Both the position numbers and the translations under genes were made by a program. A stretch of 64,000 nt of DNA, from NCBI RefSeq assembly GCF_058153355.1, contig NZ_CM177019.1; one strand, written 5' to 3'. Shown one piece after another: positions 52,104 to 63,983 of the stretch. The stretch's first letter is position 1; every line of letters begins with the position of its first letter. The notes beneath the pieces were generated by a model, which worked only from the letters and a program-made list of their open reading frames with translations, made no database searches and had not been told where the DNA came from.

Positions 52104-54476
52104 ATGAAGCGAGTTCTTATTCCTGGCGTCATTTTATGTGGCGCTGATGTAGCGCAGGCCGTCGATGACAAAAATATGTACATGCATGTTTTTGAAGAGA
52201 TGACGGTCTATGCTCCTGTCCCTGTACCCGTAAACGGCAACACGCATTACACCAGTGAAAGCATCGAGCGTTTACCGACCGGGAATGGCAATATCAGCGA
52301 TCTGCTGAGAACCAACCCTGCGGTACGCATGGATTCAACGCAAAGTACCTCATTGAACCAGGGAGATATTCGCCCGGAGAAAATCTCTATTCACGGTGCG
52401 TCGCCCTACCAGAATGCCTATTTGATTGACGGTATTAGTGCAACGAATAACCTGAACCCAGCGAATGAGTCCGATGCCAGTAGTGCAACCAATATTAGCG
52501 GGATGTCACAGGGGTATTATCTTGATGTCAGCTTACTGGACAATGTGACGCTTTATGACAGTTTTGTGCCGGTTGAATTTGGCCGCTTCAATGGCGGGGT
52601 AATTGATGCAAAGATCAAACGCTTCAACGCTGATGATAGTAGCGTGAAACTGGGTTATCGTACTACGCGGTCGGACTGGTTAACATCGCATCTCGATGAG
52701 AATAACAAAAGCGCATTTAATCAAGGTTCTTCAGGAAGTACTTATTACTCTCCAGATTTTAAAAAGAACTTTTATACCTTGTCGTTTAATCAGGAACTCG
52801 CTGATAACTTTGGCGTTACCGCCGGTTTATCGCGCCGCCAGTCTGATATCATCCGCGCGGATTATGTTTCGAATGACGGCATTGTCGCCGGCAGGGCACA
52901 GTATAAAAACGTTATCGATACTGCATTGAGCAAATTTACCTGGTTTGCCAGCGACCGCTTTACCCACGATTTAACCTTAAAATATACCGGCTCCAGCCGT
53001 GATTATAATACCAGCACCTTCCCGGAGTCTGATCGCGAAATGGGTAATAAATCCTATGGTCTGGCATGGGATATGGATACCCAGCTCGCATGGGCCAAAC
53101 TGCGTACCACCGTTGGTTGGGATCATATTAGTGATTATACCCGTCACGATCATGACATCTGGTACACCGAACTTTCATGTACATATGGTGATATTTCAGG
53201 GCGTTGCACCCGTGGCGGATTAGGACACATTTCCCAGGCTGTAGATAATTACACCTTCAAAACACGCCTTGACTGGCAAAAATTCGCCGTGGGTAATGTT
53301 TCGCATCAACCCTACTTCGGCGCGGAATACATCTATTCAGATGCATGGACTGAACGCCATAACCAGTCTGAATCCTATGTGATTAATGCTGCCGGAAAGA
53401 AAACTAACCATACCATTTACCATAAAGGTAAAGGCAGCCTGGGAATAGACAATTACACGCTGTATATGGCGGATCGCATTAACTGGCGTAATGTGTCGTT
53501 AATGCCCGGCGTGCGGTATGACTATGATAACTATCTGTCAAACCACAATATCTCCCCGCGCTTTATGACGGAATGGGATATTTTTGCTGATCAAACCTCA
53601 ATGATTACCGCAGGTTATAACCGTTACTATGGCGGGAATATTCTTGATATGGGATTACGTGATATCCGCAATAGCTGGACGGAATCGGTATCAGGCAATA
53701 AAACCCTGACGCGTTATCAGGATTTGAAAACGCCTTATAACGATGAACTGGCAATGGGATTGCAGCAAAAAATCGGTAAGAACGTTATTGCGCGCGCAAA
53801 CTATGTTTACCGTGAAGCGCATGATCAAATCAGCAAAAGCAGTCGTACCGACAGCGCGACTAAAACCACCATTACTGAATATAACAACGACGGCAAAACC
53901 AAAACGCATTCGTTCAACCTCAGTTTTGAACTGGCCGAACCCCTGCATATCAGACAGGTAGATATTAACCCGCAAGTTGTCTTTAGCTATATCAAGAGCA
54001 AGGGCAACTTGTCGTTGAACAATGGTTATGAGGAGAGCAATACCGGTGATAACCAGGTGGTCTATAACGGTAATCTGGTTTCTTACGATAGCGTTCCGGT
54101 GGCAGATTTTAATAATCCATTAAAGATCTCCTTAAACATGGATTTCACACATCAACCGAGCGGGTTGGTGTGGGCGAATACGCTGGCCTGGCAAGAAGCG
54201 CGTAAAGCTCGCATTATCCTCGGTAAAACGAATGCGCAATACCTTAGCGAATATTCAGATTACAAACAGTATGTTGATGAAAAACTGGATAGCAGCCTGA
54301 CCTGGGACACCCGCTTGTCCTGGACGCCACAATTTCTGAAACAACAAAACCTGACGATCAGTGCCGATATTCTCAATGTACTGGATAGCAAAACCGCTGT
54401 TGATACAACGAATACCGGCGTGGCGACCTACGCCAGTGGCCGTACTTTCTGGCTTGATGTCAGCATGAAATTTTAA
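52104..54476 (+). CDS. yddB: YddB, TonB-dependent-receptor-like outer-membrane protein
   Basis: 790-aa ORF with signal peptide and beta-barrel ending in the terminal aromatic residue (..WLDVSMKF). Confidence 0.8.
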   Translation: MKRVLIPGVILCGADVAQAVDDKNMYMHVFEEMTVYAPVPVPVNGNTHYTSESIERLPTGNGNISDLLRTNPAVRMDSTQSTSLNQGDIRPEKISIHGASPYQNAYLIDGISATNNLNPANESDASSATNISGMSQGYYLDVSLLDNVTLYDSFVPVEFGRFNGGVIDAKIKRFNADDSSVKLGYRTTRSDWLTSHLDENNKSAFNQGSSGSTYYSPDFKKNFYTLSFNQELADNFGVTAGLSRRQSDIIRADYVSNDGIVAGRAQYKNVIDTALSKFTWFASDRFTHDLTLKYTGSSRDYNTSTFPESDREMGNKSYGLAWDMDTQLAWAKLRTTVGWDHISDYTRHDHDIWYTELSCTYGDISGRCTRGGLGHISQAVDNYTFKTRLDWQKFAVGNVSHQPYFGAEYIYSDAWTERHNQSESYVINAAGKKTNHTIYHKGKGSLGIDNYTLYMADRINWRNVSLMPGVRYDYDNYLSNHNISPRFMTEWDIFADQTSMITAGYNRYYGGNILDMGLRDIRNSWTESVSGNKTLTRYQDLKTPYNDELAMGLQQKIGKNVIARANYVYREAHDQISKSSRTDSATKTTITEYNNDGKTKTHSFNLSFELAEPLHIRQVDINPQVVFSYIKSKGNLSLNNGYEESNTGDNQVVYNGNLVSYDSVPVADFNNPLKISLNMDFTHQPSGLVWANTLAWQEARKARIILGKTNAQYLSEYSDYKQYVDEKLDSSLTWDTRLSWTPQFLKQQNLTISADILNVLDSKTAVDTTNTGVATYASGRTFWLDVSMKF

Positions 54477-54520
54477 TAGTTCGGATTTTACTTAACCGGG
54501 TAAATTCGCCCGGTTTTCGC

Positions 54521-57316
54521 ATGGAGATAATTATGAGAAACCTCTGTTTCTTACTGACGTTAGTGGCAACTCTGTTGCTCCCCGGGCGACTGATTGCCGC
54601 CGCCTTACCACAGGATGAAAAGTTAATTACCGGGCAACTGGACAATGGCTTGCGATATCTGATTTATCCGCATGCTCAACCAAAGGATCAGGTAAATTTA
54701 TGGCTGCAAATTCATACCGGTTCATTGCAGGAAGAAGACAATGAGCGCGGCGTGGCTCATTTTGTAGAACATATGATGTTTAACGGCACAAAAACATGGC
54801 CGGGTAATAAAGTCATCGAAACATTTGAGTCAATGGGCCTGCGTTTTGGTCGCGATGTTAATGCCTATACCAGCTATGACGAAACAGTGTATCAGGTGAG
54901 TTTGCCGACTACGCAGAAACAAAATCTGCAACAAGTGATGGCAATCTTCAGTGAATGGAGTAATGCCGCAACCTTTGAAAAACTCGAAGTAGACGCTGAA
55001 CGCGGCGTAATTACTGAGGAATGGCGTGCCCATCAGGATGCGAAATGGCGCACCTCTCAGGCGCGCCGCCCTTTCCTGCTGGCAAATACCCGTAATTTAG
55101 ACCGTGAACCTATCGGCCTGATGGATACTGTTGCCACAGTCACACCGGCACAATTGCGCCAATTTTATCAACGCTGGTATCAACCCAATAATATGACCTT
55201 TATTGTGGTCGGCGATATCGACAGTAAAGAAGCGCTGGCGCTGATAAAGGATAATTTAAGTAAGCTCCCGGCTAATAAAGCAGCTGAAAATCGCGTCTGG
55301 CCGACAAAAGCAGAAAACAATCTACGCTTTAATATTATTAATGATAAAGAAAACCGGGTGAACGGCATTGCACTCTATTATCGCCTGCCACTGGTACAAG
55401 TAAACGATGAGCAAAGCTTTATCGAACAAGCGGAATGGAGCATGTTGGTTCAGCTGTTCAATCAACGTCTGCAGGAACGTATACAGTCGGGCGAATTGAA
55501 GACTATTTCTGGTGGCACTGCGCGCAGCGTTAAAATTGCACCCGATTATCAGTCGCTGTTTTTCCGTGTAAATGCACGTGACAATAATATGCAGGATGCT
55601 GCGAATGCATTAATGGCAGAGTTGGCAACCCTCGATCAACATGGTTTTTCTGCTGAAGAACTCGACGATGTTAAAACTACCCGCCTTACCTGGCTGAAAA
55701 ATGCGGTTGATCAGCAAGCTGAACGAGATTTACGTATGCTGACCAGTCGCCTGGCGTCCAGCTCGTTAAATAATACGCCGTTCTTGTCGCCGGAAGAGAC
55801 ATACCAACTTTCGAAACGTCTGTGGCCGCAAATTACCGTGCAAAGTCTGGCGGAAAAATGGCAGCAGCTAAGAAAGAACCAGGACGCATTTTGGGAGCAA
55901 ATGGTGAATAACGAGGTTGCAGCCAACAAAGCATTATCTCCTGCGGCTATCCTGGCGCTGGAAAAAGAGTACGCCAACAAAAAGCTGGCAGCTTACATCT
56001 TCCCTGGCAGAAATTTATCGTTAACAGTAGACGCTGACCCACAGGCGGAAATTAGCAGTAAAGAAACACTGGCTGAGAATCTGACATCATTAACACTTTC
56101 TAATGGTGCCAGGGTTATTCTGGCAAAATCAGCGGGTGAAGAGCAAAAGCTACAAATTATTGCCGTATCTAATAAAGGTGATTTAAGTTTCCCTGCGGAG
56201 CAAAAATCACTTATCGCGCTGGCAAATAAAGCGGTGAGTGGCAGCGGCGTTGGTGATCTCTCCTCTTCCAGCCTGAAACGCTGGAGTGCGGAAAACTCGG
56301 TAACCATGAGCAGCAAAGTCAGTGGGCTGAATACGTTGCTCTCCGTGAGCGCGCGGGCTAATAATCCTGAACCTGGTTTCCAGTTGATTAACCAGCGAAT
56401 CACTCACAGCACGATTAATGACAATATTTGGGCATCGCTACAAAATGCTCAAATTCAGGCGTTGAAAACGCTCGACCAACGTCCAGCAGAGAAATTCGCC
56501 CAGCAGATGTATGAGAAGCGCTATGCTGATGATCGTACGAAATTACTGCAAGAAAAACAGATTGCACAATTTACTGCCGCAGACGCGCTGGCAGCCGATC
56601 GCCAGTTATTTTCATCTCCAGCGGATATCACGTTTGTCGTTGTCGGTAATGTCGCAGAAGACAAACTTCTGCCGTTAATTACGCGTTACTTAGGATCAAT
56701 AAAACACTCTGATTCGCCATTAGCCGCAGGTAAACCATTAACTCGCGCGACGGACAACGCATCGGTTACAGTAAAAGAACAAAATGAACCTGTGGCACAG
56801 GTTTCACAGTGGAATCGTTATGATTCCCGGACACCTGTAAATCTGGAGACGCGTATGGCGCTCGATGCTTTTAACGTCGCACTGGCAAAAGATCTACGCG
56901 TTAATATTCGTGAACAGGCATCTGGAGCATACAGCGTTTCTTCTCGCCTCTCGGTTGATCCTCAGGCCAAAGATATCAGTCATTTGCTGGCTTTTACTTG
57001 TCAACCAGAACGACATGATGAACTGTTAACGTTAGCGAATGAAGTGATGGTTAAGCGTCTGGCTAAAGGGATCAGTGAGCAAGAACTGAATGAATACCAG
57101 CAAAACGTTCAGCGCAGCCTCGATATCCAACAGCGTAGCGTTCAACAATTAGCGAACACCATTGTAAATAGTCTTATTCAATATGACGATCCTGCCGCAT
57201 GGACTGCGCAGGAGCAATTATTGAAACAAATGACGGTAGATAATGTTAACACTACGGTTAAACAATATCTTTCTCATCCGGTGAATACCTTTACCGGAGT
57301 ATTACTACCAAAATAA
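54521..57316 (+). CDS. pqqL: PqqL, periplasmic M16-family zinc peptidase
   Basis: 931-aa ORF with signal peptide and inverted zinc-binding motif HFVEHMMFNG. Confidence 0.85.
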   Translation: MEIIMRNLCFLLTLVATLLLPGRLIAAALPQDEKLITGQLDNGLRYLIYPHAQPKDQVNLWLQIHTGSLQEEDNERGVAHFVEHMMFNGTKTWPGNKVIETFESMGLRFGRDVNAYTSYDETVYQVSLPTTQKQNLQQVMAIFSEWSNAATFEKLEVDAERGVITEEWRAHQDAKWRTSQARRPFLLANTRNLDREPIGLMDTVATVTPAQLRQFYQRWYQPNNMTFIVVGDIDSKEALALIKDNLSKLPANKAAENRVWPTKAENNLRFNIINDKENRVNGIALYYRLPLVQVNDEQSFIEQAEWSMLVQLFNQRLQERIQSGELKTISGGTARSVKIAPDYQSLFFRVNARDNNMQDAANALMAELATLDQHGFSAEELDDVKTTRLTWLKNAVDQQAERDLRMLTSRLASSSLNNTPFLSPEETYQLSKRLWPQITVQSLAEKWQQLRKNQDAFWEQMVNNEVAANKALSPAAILALEKEYANKKLAAYIFPGRNLSLTVDADPQAEISSKETLAENLTSLTLSNGARVILAKSAGEEQKLQIIAVSNKGDLSFPAEQKSLIALANKAVSGSGVGDLSSSSLKRWSAENSVTMSSKVSGLNTLLSVSARANNPEPGFQLINQRITHSTINDNIWASLQNAQIQALKTLDQRPAEKFAQQMYEKRYADDRTKLLQEKQIAQFTAADALAADRQLFSSPADITFVVVGNVAEDKLLPLITRYLGSIKHSDSPLAAGKPLTRATDNASVTVKEQNEPVAQVSQWNRYDSRTPVNLETRMALDAFNVALAKDLRVNIREQASGAYSVSSRLSVDPQAKDISHLLAFTCQPERHDELLTLANEVMVKRLAKGISEQELNEYQQNVQRSLDIQQRSVQQLANTIVNSLIQYDDPAAWTAQEQLLKQMTVDNVNTTVKQYLSHPVNTFTGVLLPK

Positions 57317-57322
57317 TGACGT

Positions 57323-57355
57323 CCCCCGTCAACATATCGTTGGCGGGGGTTTTAG
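57323..57355 (+). terminator. Intrinsic terminator after pqqL
   Basis: GC-rich stem (cccccgtcaac / gttggcggggg, one mismatch) followed by TTTT. Confidence 0.55.
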
Positions 57356-57577
57356 CAAAAGACGTTATTTTATATAATAATTTTATGAATGCGTTCAAAA
57401 TAACAACCGAGTACTAATAATGATATTTTAAGGGCTAATTTTTATGTGATAATTCACCAGAGTTAGAAAGCACGTCAAAATAATGACATACAGCACCACA
57501 CTACAATCCATAACACCCTACGCTATTGTTTTTTAACGTAAATATATTTTCCCCATAATATCTCACGATAAATAACA

Positions 57578-57597
57578 TTAGGATTTTGTTATTTAAA
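57578..57597. promoter_or_regulatory. GAD box (GadE/RcsB site) upstream of gadB
   Basis: ttaggattttgttatttaaa, the conserved 20-bp GAD box, about 80 bp upstream of the gadB start. Confidence 0.7.
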
Positions 57598-57676
57598 CAC
57601 AAGACCTTTGCACTTGCTTACTTTATCGATAAATCCTACTTTTTTAATGCGATCCAATCATTTTAAGGAGTTTAAA

Positions 57677-59077
57677 ATGGATAAGAAGCAAGTAACGGAT
57701 TTAAGGTCGGAATTACTCGATTCACGTTTTGGCGCTAAGTCTATTTCCACTATTGCAGAATCAAAACGATTTCCGCTGCACGAAATGCGCGATGATGTCG
57801 CATTCCAGATTATCAATGATGAATTATATCTTGATGGCAACGCTCGTCAGAACCTGGCCACTTTCTGCCAGACCTGGGACGACGAAAATGTCCACAAGTT
57901 GATGGATTTATCCATTAACAAAAACTGGATCGACAAAGAAGAATATCCGCAATCTGCAGCCATCGACCTGCGTTGCGTAAACATGGTTGCCGATCTGTGG
58001 CATGCGCCTGCGCCGAAAAATGGTCAGGCCGTTGGCACCAACACCATTGGTTCTTCCGAGGCCTGTATGCTCGGCGGGATGGCGATGAAATGGCGTTGGC
58101 GCAAGCGTATGGAAGCCGCAGGTAAGCCGACTAACAAACCAAACCTGGTGTGCGGTCCGGTACAAATCTGCTGGCATAAATTCGCCCGCTACTGGGATGT
58201 GGAGCTGCGTGAGATCCCTATGCGCCCCGGTCAGTTGTTTATGGATCCGAAACGCATGATTGAAGCCTGCGACGAAAACACCATCGGCGTGGTGCCGACT
58301 TTCGGCGTGACCTACACCGGTAACTATGAATTCCCGCAACCGCTGCACGATGCACTGGATAAATTCCAGGCCGACACCGGTATCGACATCGACATGCACA
58401 TCGACGCCGCCAGTGGTGGCTTCCTGGCACCGTTCGTCGCCCCGGATATCGTCTGGGACTTCCGCCTGCCTCGTGTGAAATCGATCAGTGCTTCAGGCCA
58501 CAAATTCGGTCTGGCTCCGCTGGGCTGCGGCTGGGTTATCTGGCGTGATGAAGAAGCGCTGCCGCAGGAACTGGTGTTCAACGTTGACTATCTCGGTGGT
58601 CAGATTGGGACTTTCGCCATCAACTTCTCCCGCCCGGCGGGTCAGGTGATTGCACAGTATTATGAATTCCTGCGCCTCGGTCGTGAAGGCTATACCAAAG
58701 TACAGAACGCTTCCTACCAGGTTGCCGCTTATCTGGCGGATGAAATCGCCAAACTGGGGCCGTATGAGTTCATCTGTACGGGTCGCCCGGACGAAGGCAT
58801 CCCGGCGGTTTGCTTCAAACTGAAAGATGGTGAAGATCCGGGATACACCCTGTATGACCTCTCTGAACGTCTGCGTCTGCGCGGCTGGCAGGTTCCGGCT
58901 TTCACTCTCGGCGGTGAAGCCACTGACATCGTGGTGATGCGCATTATGTGTCGTCGCGGCTTCGAAATGGACTTTGCTGAACTGTTGCTGGAAGACTACA
59001 AAGCCTCCCTGAAATATCTCAGCGACCACCCGAAACTGCAGGGTATTGCCCAGCAGAACAGCTTTAAACACACCTGA
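57677..59077 (+). CDS. gadB: Glutamate decarboxylase GadB
   Basis: 466 aa from ATG 57677 (RBS AAGGAG); PLP-lysine motif SISASGHKF. Assigned gadB rather than gadA because gadC follows. Confidence 0.9.
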   Translation: MDKKQVTDLRSELLDSRFGAKSISTIAESKRFPLHEMRDDVAFQIINDELYLDGNARQNLATFCQTWDDENVHKLMDLSINKNWIDKEEYPQSAAIDLRCVNMVADLWHAPAPKNGQAVGTNTIGSSEACMLGGMAMKWRWRKRMEAAGKPTNKPNLVCGPVQICWHKFARYWDVELREIPMRPGQLFMDPKRMIEACDENTIGVVPTFGVTYTGNYEFPQPLHDALDKFQADTGIDIDMHIDAASGGFLAPFVAPDIVWDFRLPRVKSISASGHKFGLAPLGCGWVIWRDEEALPQELVFNVDYLGGQIGTFAINFSRPAGQVIAQYYEFLRLGREGYTKVQNASYQVAAYLADEIAKLGPYEFICTGRPDEGIPAVCFKLKDGEDPGYTLYDLSERLRLRGWQVPAFTLGGEATDIVVMRIMCRRGFEMDFAELLLEDYKASLKYLSDHPKLQGIAQQNSFKHT

Positions 59078-59232
59078 TAACGTTTAACGGTAACGGTGTC
59101 CCGAAACGAACCCGTTTCGGGACAATTTCCAAAGTCTGTTCACTGGCATTAGCAACGGAAAATATTGTTCTGAATACGCTTCAGAACAAAACAGGTGCGG
59201 TTCCGACAGGAATACCGTTTTAGGGGGATAAT

Positions 59233-60768
59233 ATGGCTACATCAGTACAGACAGGTAAAGCTAAGCAGCTCACATTACTCGGATTTTTTGCCATAACGGC
59301 ATCGATGGTAATGGCTGTTTATGAATACCCTACTTTCGCAACATCGGGCTTTTCATTAGTCTTCTTCCTGCTATTAGGCGGGATTTTATGGTTTATTCCC
59401 GTGGGACTTTGTGCTGCGGAAATGGCTACCGTCGACGGCTGGGAAGAAGGTGGCGTCTTCGCCTGGGTATCAAATACTCTGGGGCCGAGATGGGGGTTTG
59501 CAGCGATCTCATTTGGCTATCTGCAAATCGCCATCGGTTTTATTCCAATGCTCTATTTCGTGTTAGGGGCACTCTCCTACATTTTGAAATGGCCAGCGTT
59601 GAATGAAGACCCCATTACCAAAACTATTGCAGCACTCATCATTCTTTGGGCGCTGGCATTAACACAGTTTGGTGGCACGAAATACACGGCGCGAATTGCT
59701 AAAGTTGGCTTCTTCGCCGGTATCCTGTTACCTGCATTTATTTTGATCGCATTAGCGGCTATTTATCTGCACTCCGGTGCTCCCGTTGCTATCGAAATGG
59801 ATGCGAAAACCTTCTTCCCTGATTTCTCTAAAGTCGGCACCCTGGTTGTGTTTGTTGCCTTCATTTTGAGTTATATGGGGGTAGAAGCTTCCGCAACCCA
59901 CGTCAATGAAATGCGCAACCCCGGTCGCGATTATCCGCTGGCGATGTTACTGCTGATGGTGGCGGCAATCTGCTTAAGCTCTGTTGGCGGCTTGTCTATT
60001 GCGATGGTTATTCCGGGTAATGAAATCAACCTCTCCGCAGGGGTAATGCAAACCTTTACCGTTCTGATGTCACATGTGGCACCGGAAATTGAGTGGACGG
60101 TTCGCGTGATCTCCGCACTGCTGTTGCTGGGTGTTCTGGCGGAAATCGCTTCCTGGATTGTTGGCCCTTCTCGCGGGATGTATGTCACCGCGCAGAAAAA
60201 CCTGCTGCCAGCGGCGTTCGCTAAAATGAACAAAAATGGCGTACCGGTAACGCTGGTTATTTCGCAGCTGGTGATTACTACTATCGCGTTGATCATCCTC
60301 ACCAATACCGGTGGCGGTAACAATATGTCCTTCCTGATTGCCCTGGCGCTGACGGTGGTGATTTATCTGTGTGCTTATTTCATGCTGTTTATTGGCTACA
60401 TTGTGTTAGTGCTTAAACATCCTGACTTAAAACGCACATTTAATATCCCTGGTGGTAAAGGGGTGAAACTGGTCGTGGCAATTGTCGGTCTGCTGACTTC
60501 AATTATGGCGTTTATTGTTTCCTTCCTGCCGCCGGATAACATCCAGGGTGACTCTACCGATATGTATGTTGAATTACTGGTCGTTAGTTTCCTAGTGGTA
60601 CTTGCCCTGCCCTTTATTCTCTATGCTGTTCATGATCGTAAAGGCAAAGCGAATACCGACGTCACTCTGGAGCCAATCAACAGTAAGAACGCACCAAAAG
60701 GTCACTTCTTCCTGCACCCGCGTGCACGTTCACCACACTATATTGTGATGAATGACAAGAAACACTAA
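59233..60768 (+). CDS. gadC: Glutamate:GABA antiporter GadC
   Basis: 511-aa APC-family transporter with about 12 TM segments, immediately downstream of gadB. Confidence 0.9.
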   Translation: MATSVQTGKAKQLTLLGFFAITASMVMAVYEYPTFATSGFSLVFFLLLGGILWFIPVGLCAAEMATVDGWEEGGVFAWVSNTLGPRWGFAAISFGYLQIAIGFIPMLYFVLGALSYILKWPALNEDPITKTIAALIILWALALTQFGGTKYTARIAKVGFFAGILLPAFILIALAAIYLHSGAPVAIEMDAKTFFPDFSKVGTLVVFVAFILSYMGVEASATHVNEMRNPGRDYPLAMLLLMVAAICLSSVGGLSIAMVIPGNEINLSAGVMQTFTVLMSHVAPEIEWTVRVISALLLLGVLAEIASWIVGPSRGMYVTAQKNLLPAAFAKMNKNGVPVTLVISQLVITTIALIILTNTGGGNNMSFLIALALTVVIYLCAYFMLFIGYIVLVLKHPDLKRTFNIPGGKGVKLVVAIVGLLTSIMAFIVSFLPPDNIQGDSTDMYVELLVVSFLVVLALPFILYAVHDRKGKANTDVTLEPINSKNAPKGHFFLHPRARSPHYIVMNDKKH

Positions 60769-60793
60769 CCATGTCTGAATGGTTATAAGACAA

Positions 60794-60821
60794 GGGAGCG
60801 ATAATTCATCGCTCCCTTTTT
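60794..60821 (+). terminator. Intrinsic terminator after gadC
   Basis: Perfect 9-bp stem gggagcgat / atcgctccc with 5-nt loop followed by TTTTT. Confidence 0.7.
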
Positions 60822-60898
60822 CGTGCTCGCTGTCGTATTGACTTAACCGGGATAAGTACGAGAATGAGCGCACATCTGTTTACCGGAAACCAGCATAT

Positions 60899-62218
60899 AT
60901 GGATATCTGCTCCCGAAACGTGAAATTAGCGATTAGAAGACCAGCGGCACTGGTTGCACTGGCACTTTTACTGAGTAGTTGTAAAAGCACGCCTCCAGAT
61001 TCAATGGTGACACCACCAGCAGGCTCAAAGCCACCAGCCTCGGCGCAACAATCATCACAACCGATGCGCGGCATCTGGCTGGCCACGGTGTCTCGCCTCG
61101 ACTGGCCACCTGTTTCCTCGGTTAACATTAGTAACCCCACCAGCCGGATCCGCGTACAACAACAGGCGATGATCGACAAGCTCGATCATCTGCAACGTCT
61201 CGGTATAAACACGGTCTTTTTCCAGGTCAAGCCGGACGGTACCGCACTATGGCCATCGAAAATTTTGCCGTGGTCCGATCTTATGACCGGTAAGATTGGC
61301 GAAAACCCGGGTTACGATCCGTTGCAATTTATGCTCGACGAAGCCCACAAGCGTGGGATGAAAGTACACGCCTGGTTTAACCCTTACCGCGTATCGGTTA
61401 ATACAAAGCCTGGTACTATCAGGGAACTGAATAGCACCCTGTCTCAACAACCGGCCAGCGTCTATGTGCAACACCGCGACTGGATTAGAACGTCGGGTGA
61501 TCGGTTTGTCCTCGACCCAGGCATCCCTGAGGTTCAGGACTGGATCACATCAATAGTCGCGGAAGTGGTTTCCCGCTATCCGGTAGATGGCGTGCAGTTT
61601 GACGACTATTTTTATACTGAGTCACCAGCTTCACGGCTAAATGATAACGAAACGTACCGCAAATACGGAGGCGCATTTGCGTCAAAAGCAGACTGGCGGC
61701 GCAACAATACTCAGCAGTTAATTGCGAAGGTATCGCACACCATTAAAAGCATTAAGCCGGAAGTCGAATTTGGCGTTAGCCCGGCAGGCGTGTGGCGTAA
61801 CCGATCACACGATCCGCTCGGTTCCGATACCCGAGGCGCGGCAGCCTATGACGAATCCTATGCTGACACCCGTCGATGGGTGGAACAAGGATTGCTGGAT
61901 TACATTGCCCCCCAAATTTACTGGCCGTTCTCACGGAGTGCCGCACGTTATGACGTTTTGGCAAAATGGTGGGCGGATGTCGTTAAACCGACCAGGACCC
62001 GCCTGTATATCGGTATCGCCTTCTATAAAGTGGGTGAACCTTCAAAGATAGAGCCAGACTGGATGATTAACGGTGGCGTACCGGAACTGAAAAAGCAGCT
62101 CGATCTTAACGATGCTGTACCAGAAATCAGCGGCACAATCTTGTTCCGTGAGGACTATCTGAACAAACCTCAGACTCAACAAGCGGTCAGCTATTTGCAA
62201 AGTCGTTGGGGCAGTTAA
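60899..62218 (+). CDS. yddW: YddW, lipoprotein of the glycoside-hydrolase-like GHL10 family
   Basis: 439-aa ORF with lipoprotein signal and lipobox (..LALLLSSCKST..) and TIM-barrel-like body. Confidence 0.75.
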   Translation: MDICSRNVKLAIRRPAALVALALLLSSCKSTPPDSMVTPPAGSKPPASAQQSSQPMRGIWLATVSRLDWPPVSSVNISNPTSRIRVQQQAMIDKLDHLQRLGINTVFFQVKPDGTALWPSKILPWSDLMTGKIGENPGYDPLQFMLDEAHKRGMKVHAWFNPYRVSVNTKPGTIRELNSTLSQQPASVYVQHRDWIRTSGDRFVLDPGIPEVQDWITSIVAEVVSRYPVDGVQFDDYFYTESPASRLNDNETYRKYGGAFASKADWRRNNTQQLIAKVSHTIKSIKPEVEFGVSPAGVWRNRSHDPLGSDTRGAAAYDESYADTRRWVEQGLLDYIAPQIYWPFSRSAARYDVLAKWWADVVKPTRTRLYIGIAFYKVGEPSKIEPDWMINGGVPELKKQLDLNDAVPEISGTILFREDYLNKPQTQQAVSYLQSRWGS

Positions 62219-62576
62219 ACTTGTAACATGGCCGGTGCTTTACTCACCGGCTTGTTATCCTCTTGAAATATCCCACTAATAATCATGCTTATTTAAGCCA
62301 AATTAACCACGCAATTAACCACTCTGAGTTTAATAGCCATAAAACCCCTAATAAAAATGTATGAATATGAAAACCCTACGGTATTCGCTGTTTCCGAAAA
62401 ATAATTACGATGGGCTATACTCTTCTGAAGAACAGTAGCGTAGATTGAAACTGTCCTAAGTCGCTTATTTGTTTTCAGTATATCTTCATATTTCAGGAGA
62501 ATATGGTGCAGTTAGTCGATCCCGCACGTTTCGTTTTGATTCCGTCTGCTTTCCCAGCCTTATAAGGGTGTGAATT

Positions 62577-63959
62577 ATGGAGATGTATTTTAAAAGAATG
62601 AAAGATGAGTGGACCGGACTTGTCGAACAGACAGATCCGCTCATTCGTGCCAAAGCCGCGGAAATTGCCGTTGCGCATGCCCATTACCTGAGCATTGAGT
62701 TTTATCGGATTGTCCGTATTGACCCGCATGCCGAAGAATTCTTGAGTAATGAACAAGTTGAGCGGCAGCTGAAAAGTGCGATGGAACGCTGGATTATTAA
62801 TGTGCTTTCTGCCCAGGTTGACGATGTTGAAAGGCTAATACAAATCCAGCATACCGTCGCAGAAGTGCATGCCCGCATCGGCATTCCAGTAGAAATTGTC
62901 GAGATGGGGTTTCGGGTGCTGAAAAAAATCCTCTATCCGGTGATTTTCTCTTCGGATTATTCTGCCGCAGAAAAACTTCAGGTCTACCATTTCTCAATTA
63001 ACAGTATTGATATCGCGATGGAAGTCATGACCCGCGCGTTTACCTTTAGTGACAGTAGTGCCTCAAAAGAAGATGAAAACTATCGTATCTTCTCGTTACT
63101 GGAAAACGCCGAAGAAGAAAAAGAACGGCAAATAGCCTCAATCCTTTCATGGGAAATTGACATTATCTATAAAGTTCTGCTGGATTCTGATTTAGGCAGT
63201 AGTTTGCCTTTAAGCCAGGCTGATTTTGGCCTGTGGTTTAACCATAAAGGTCGACATTATTTTAGCGGCATTGCCGAAGTGGGTCATATCTCCCGCCTGA
63301 TTCAGGATTTCGACGGTATTTTTAATCAAACCATACGTAATACAAAAAATTTGAGCAACAAAACTCTGCGGGTGAGATTTTTATTACAGGTAAGAAATAC
63401 CGTATCGCAAATTATTACCTTGCTGCGTGAATTATTTGAAGAAGTATCTCGCCACGAAGTGGGTATGGATGTACTGACAAAATTACTTAACCGCCGCTTC
63501 CTGCCGACCATCTTTAAACGCGAAATTGCCCATGCCAACCGGACCGGAACCCCCCTGTCAGTGCTGATTATTGACGTTGATAAATTCAAAGAGATCAACG
63601 ATACGTGGGGCCATAACACTGGCGATGAAATTCTGCGTAAAGTTTCTCAGGCCTTTTATGACAACGTCCGCAGTAGTGATTATGTTTTTCGTTACGGGGG
63701 AGATGAATTTATCATTGTCCTGACTGAAGCTTCTGAAAACGAAACGTTACGTACCGCAGAACGTATTCGCAGTCGGGTGGAGAAAACCAAACTGAAAGCC
63801 GCAAACGGCGAAGATATTGCCCTCTCACTTTCCATCGGTGCCGCCATGTTTAATGGTCATCCTGACTATGAGCGCCTCATTCAAATAGCCGATGAAGCTC
63901 TGTATATCGCCAAAAGACGAGGTAGAAACCGTGTTGAACTCTGGAAAGCCAGTCTTTAG
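62577..63959 (+). CDS. dosC: DosC, globin-coupled oxygen-sensing diguanylate cyclase
   Basis: 460-aa ORF with N-terminal globin sensor domain and C-terminal GGDEF domain (active site RYGGDEF). Confidence 0.85.
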   Translation: MEMYFKRMKDEWTGLVEQTDPLIRAKAAEIAVAHAHYLSIEFYRIVRIDPHAEEFLSNEQVERQLKSAMERWIINVLSAQVDDVERLIQIQHTVAEVHARIGIPVEIVEMGFRVLKKILYPVIFSSDYSAAEKLQVYHFSINSIDIAMEVMTRAFTFSDSSASKEDENYRIFSLLENAEEEKERQIASILSWEIDIIYKVLLDSDLGSSLPLSQADFGLWFNHKGRHYFSGIAEVGHISRLIQDFDGIFNQTIRNTKNLSNKTLRVRFLLQVRNTVSQIITLLRELFEEVSRHEVGMDVLTKLLNRRFLPTIFKREIAHANRTGTPLSVLIIDVDKFKEINDTWGHNTGDEILRKVSQAFYDNVRSSDYVFRYGGDEFIIVLTEASENETLRTAERIRSRVEKTKLKAANGEDIALSLSIGAAMFNGHPDYERLIQIADEALYIAKRRGRNRVELWKASL

Positions 63960-63983
63960 ATGCGCCAGGATGCAGAGGTAATC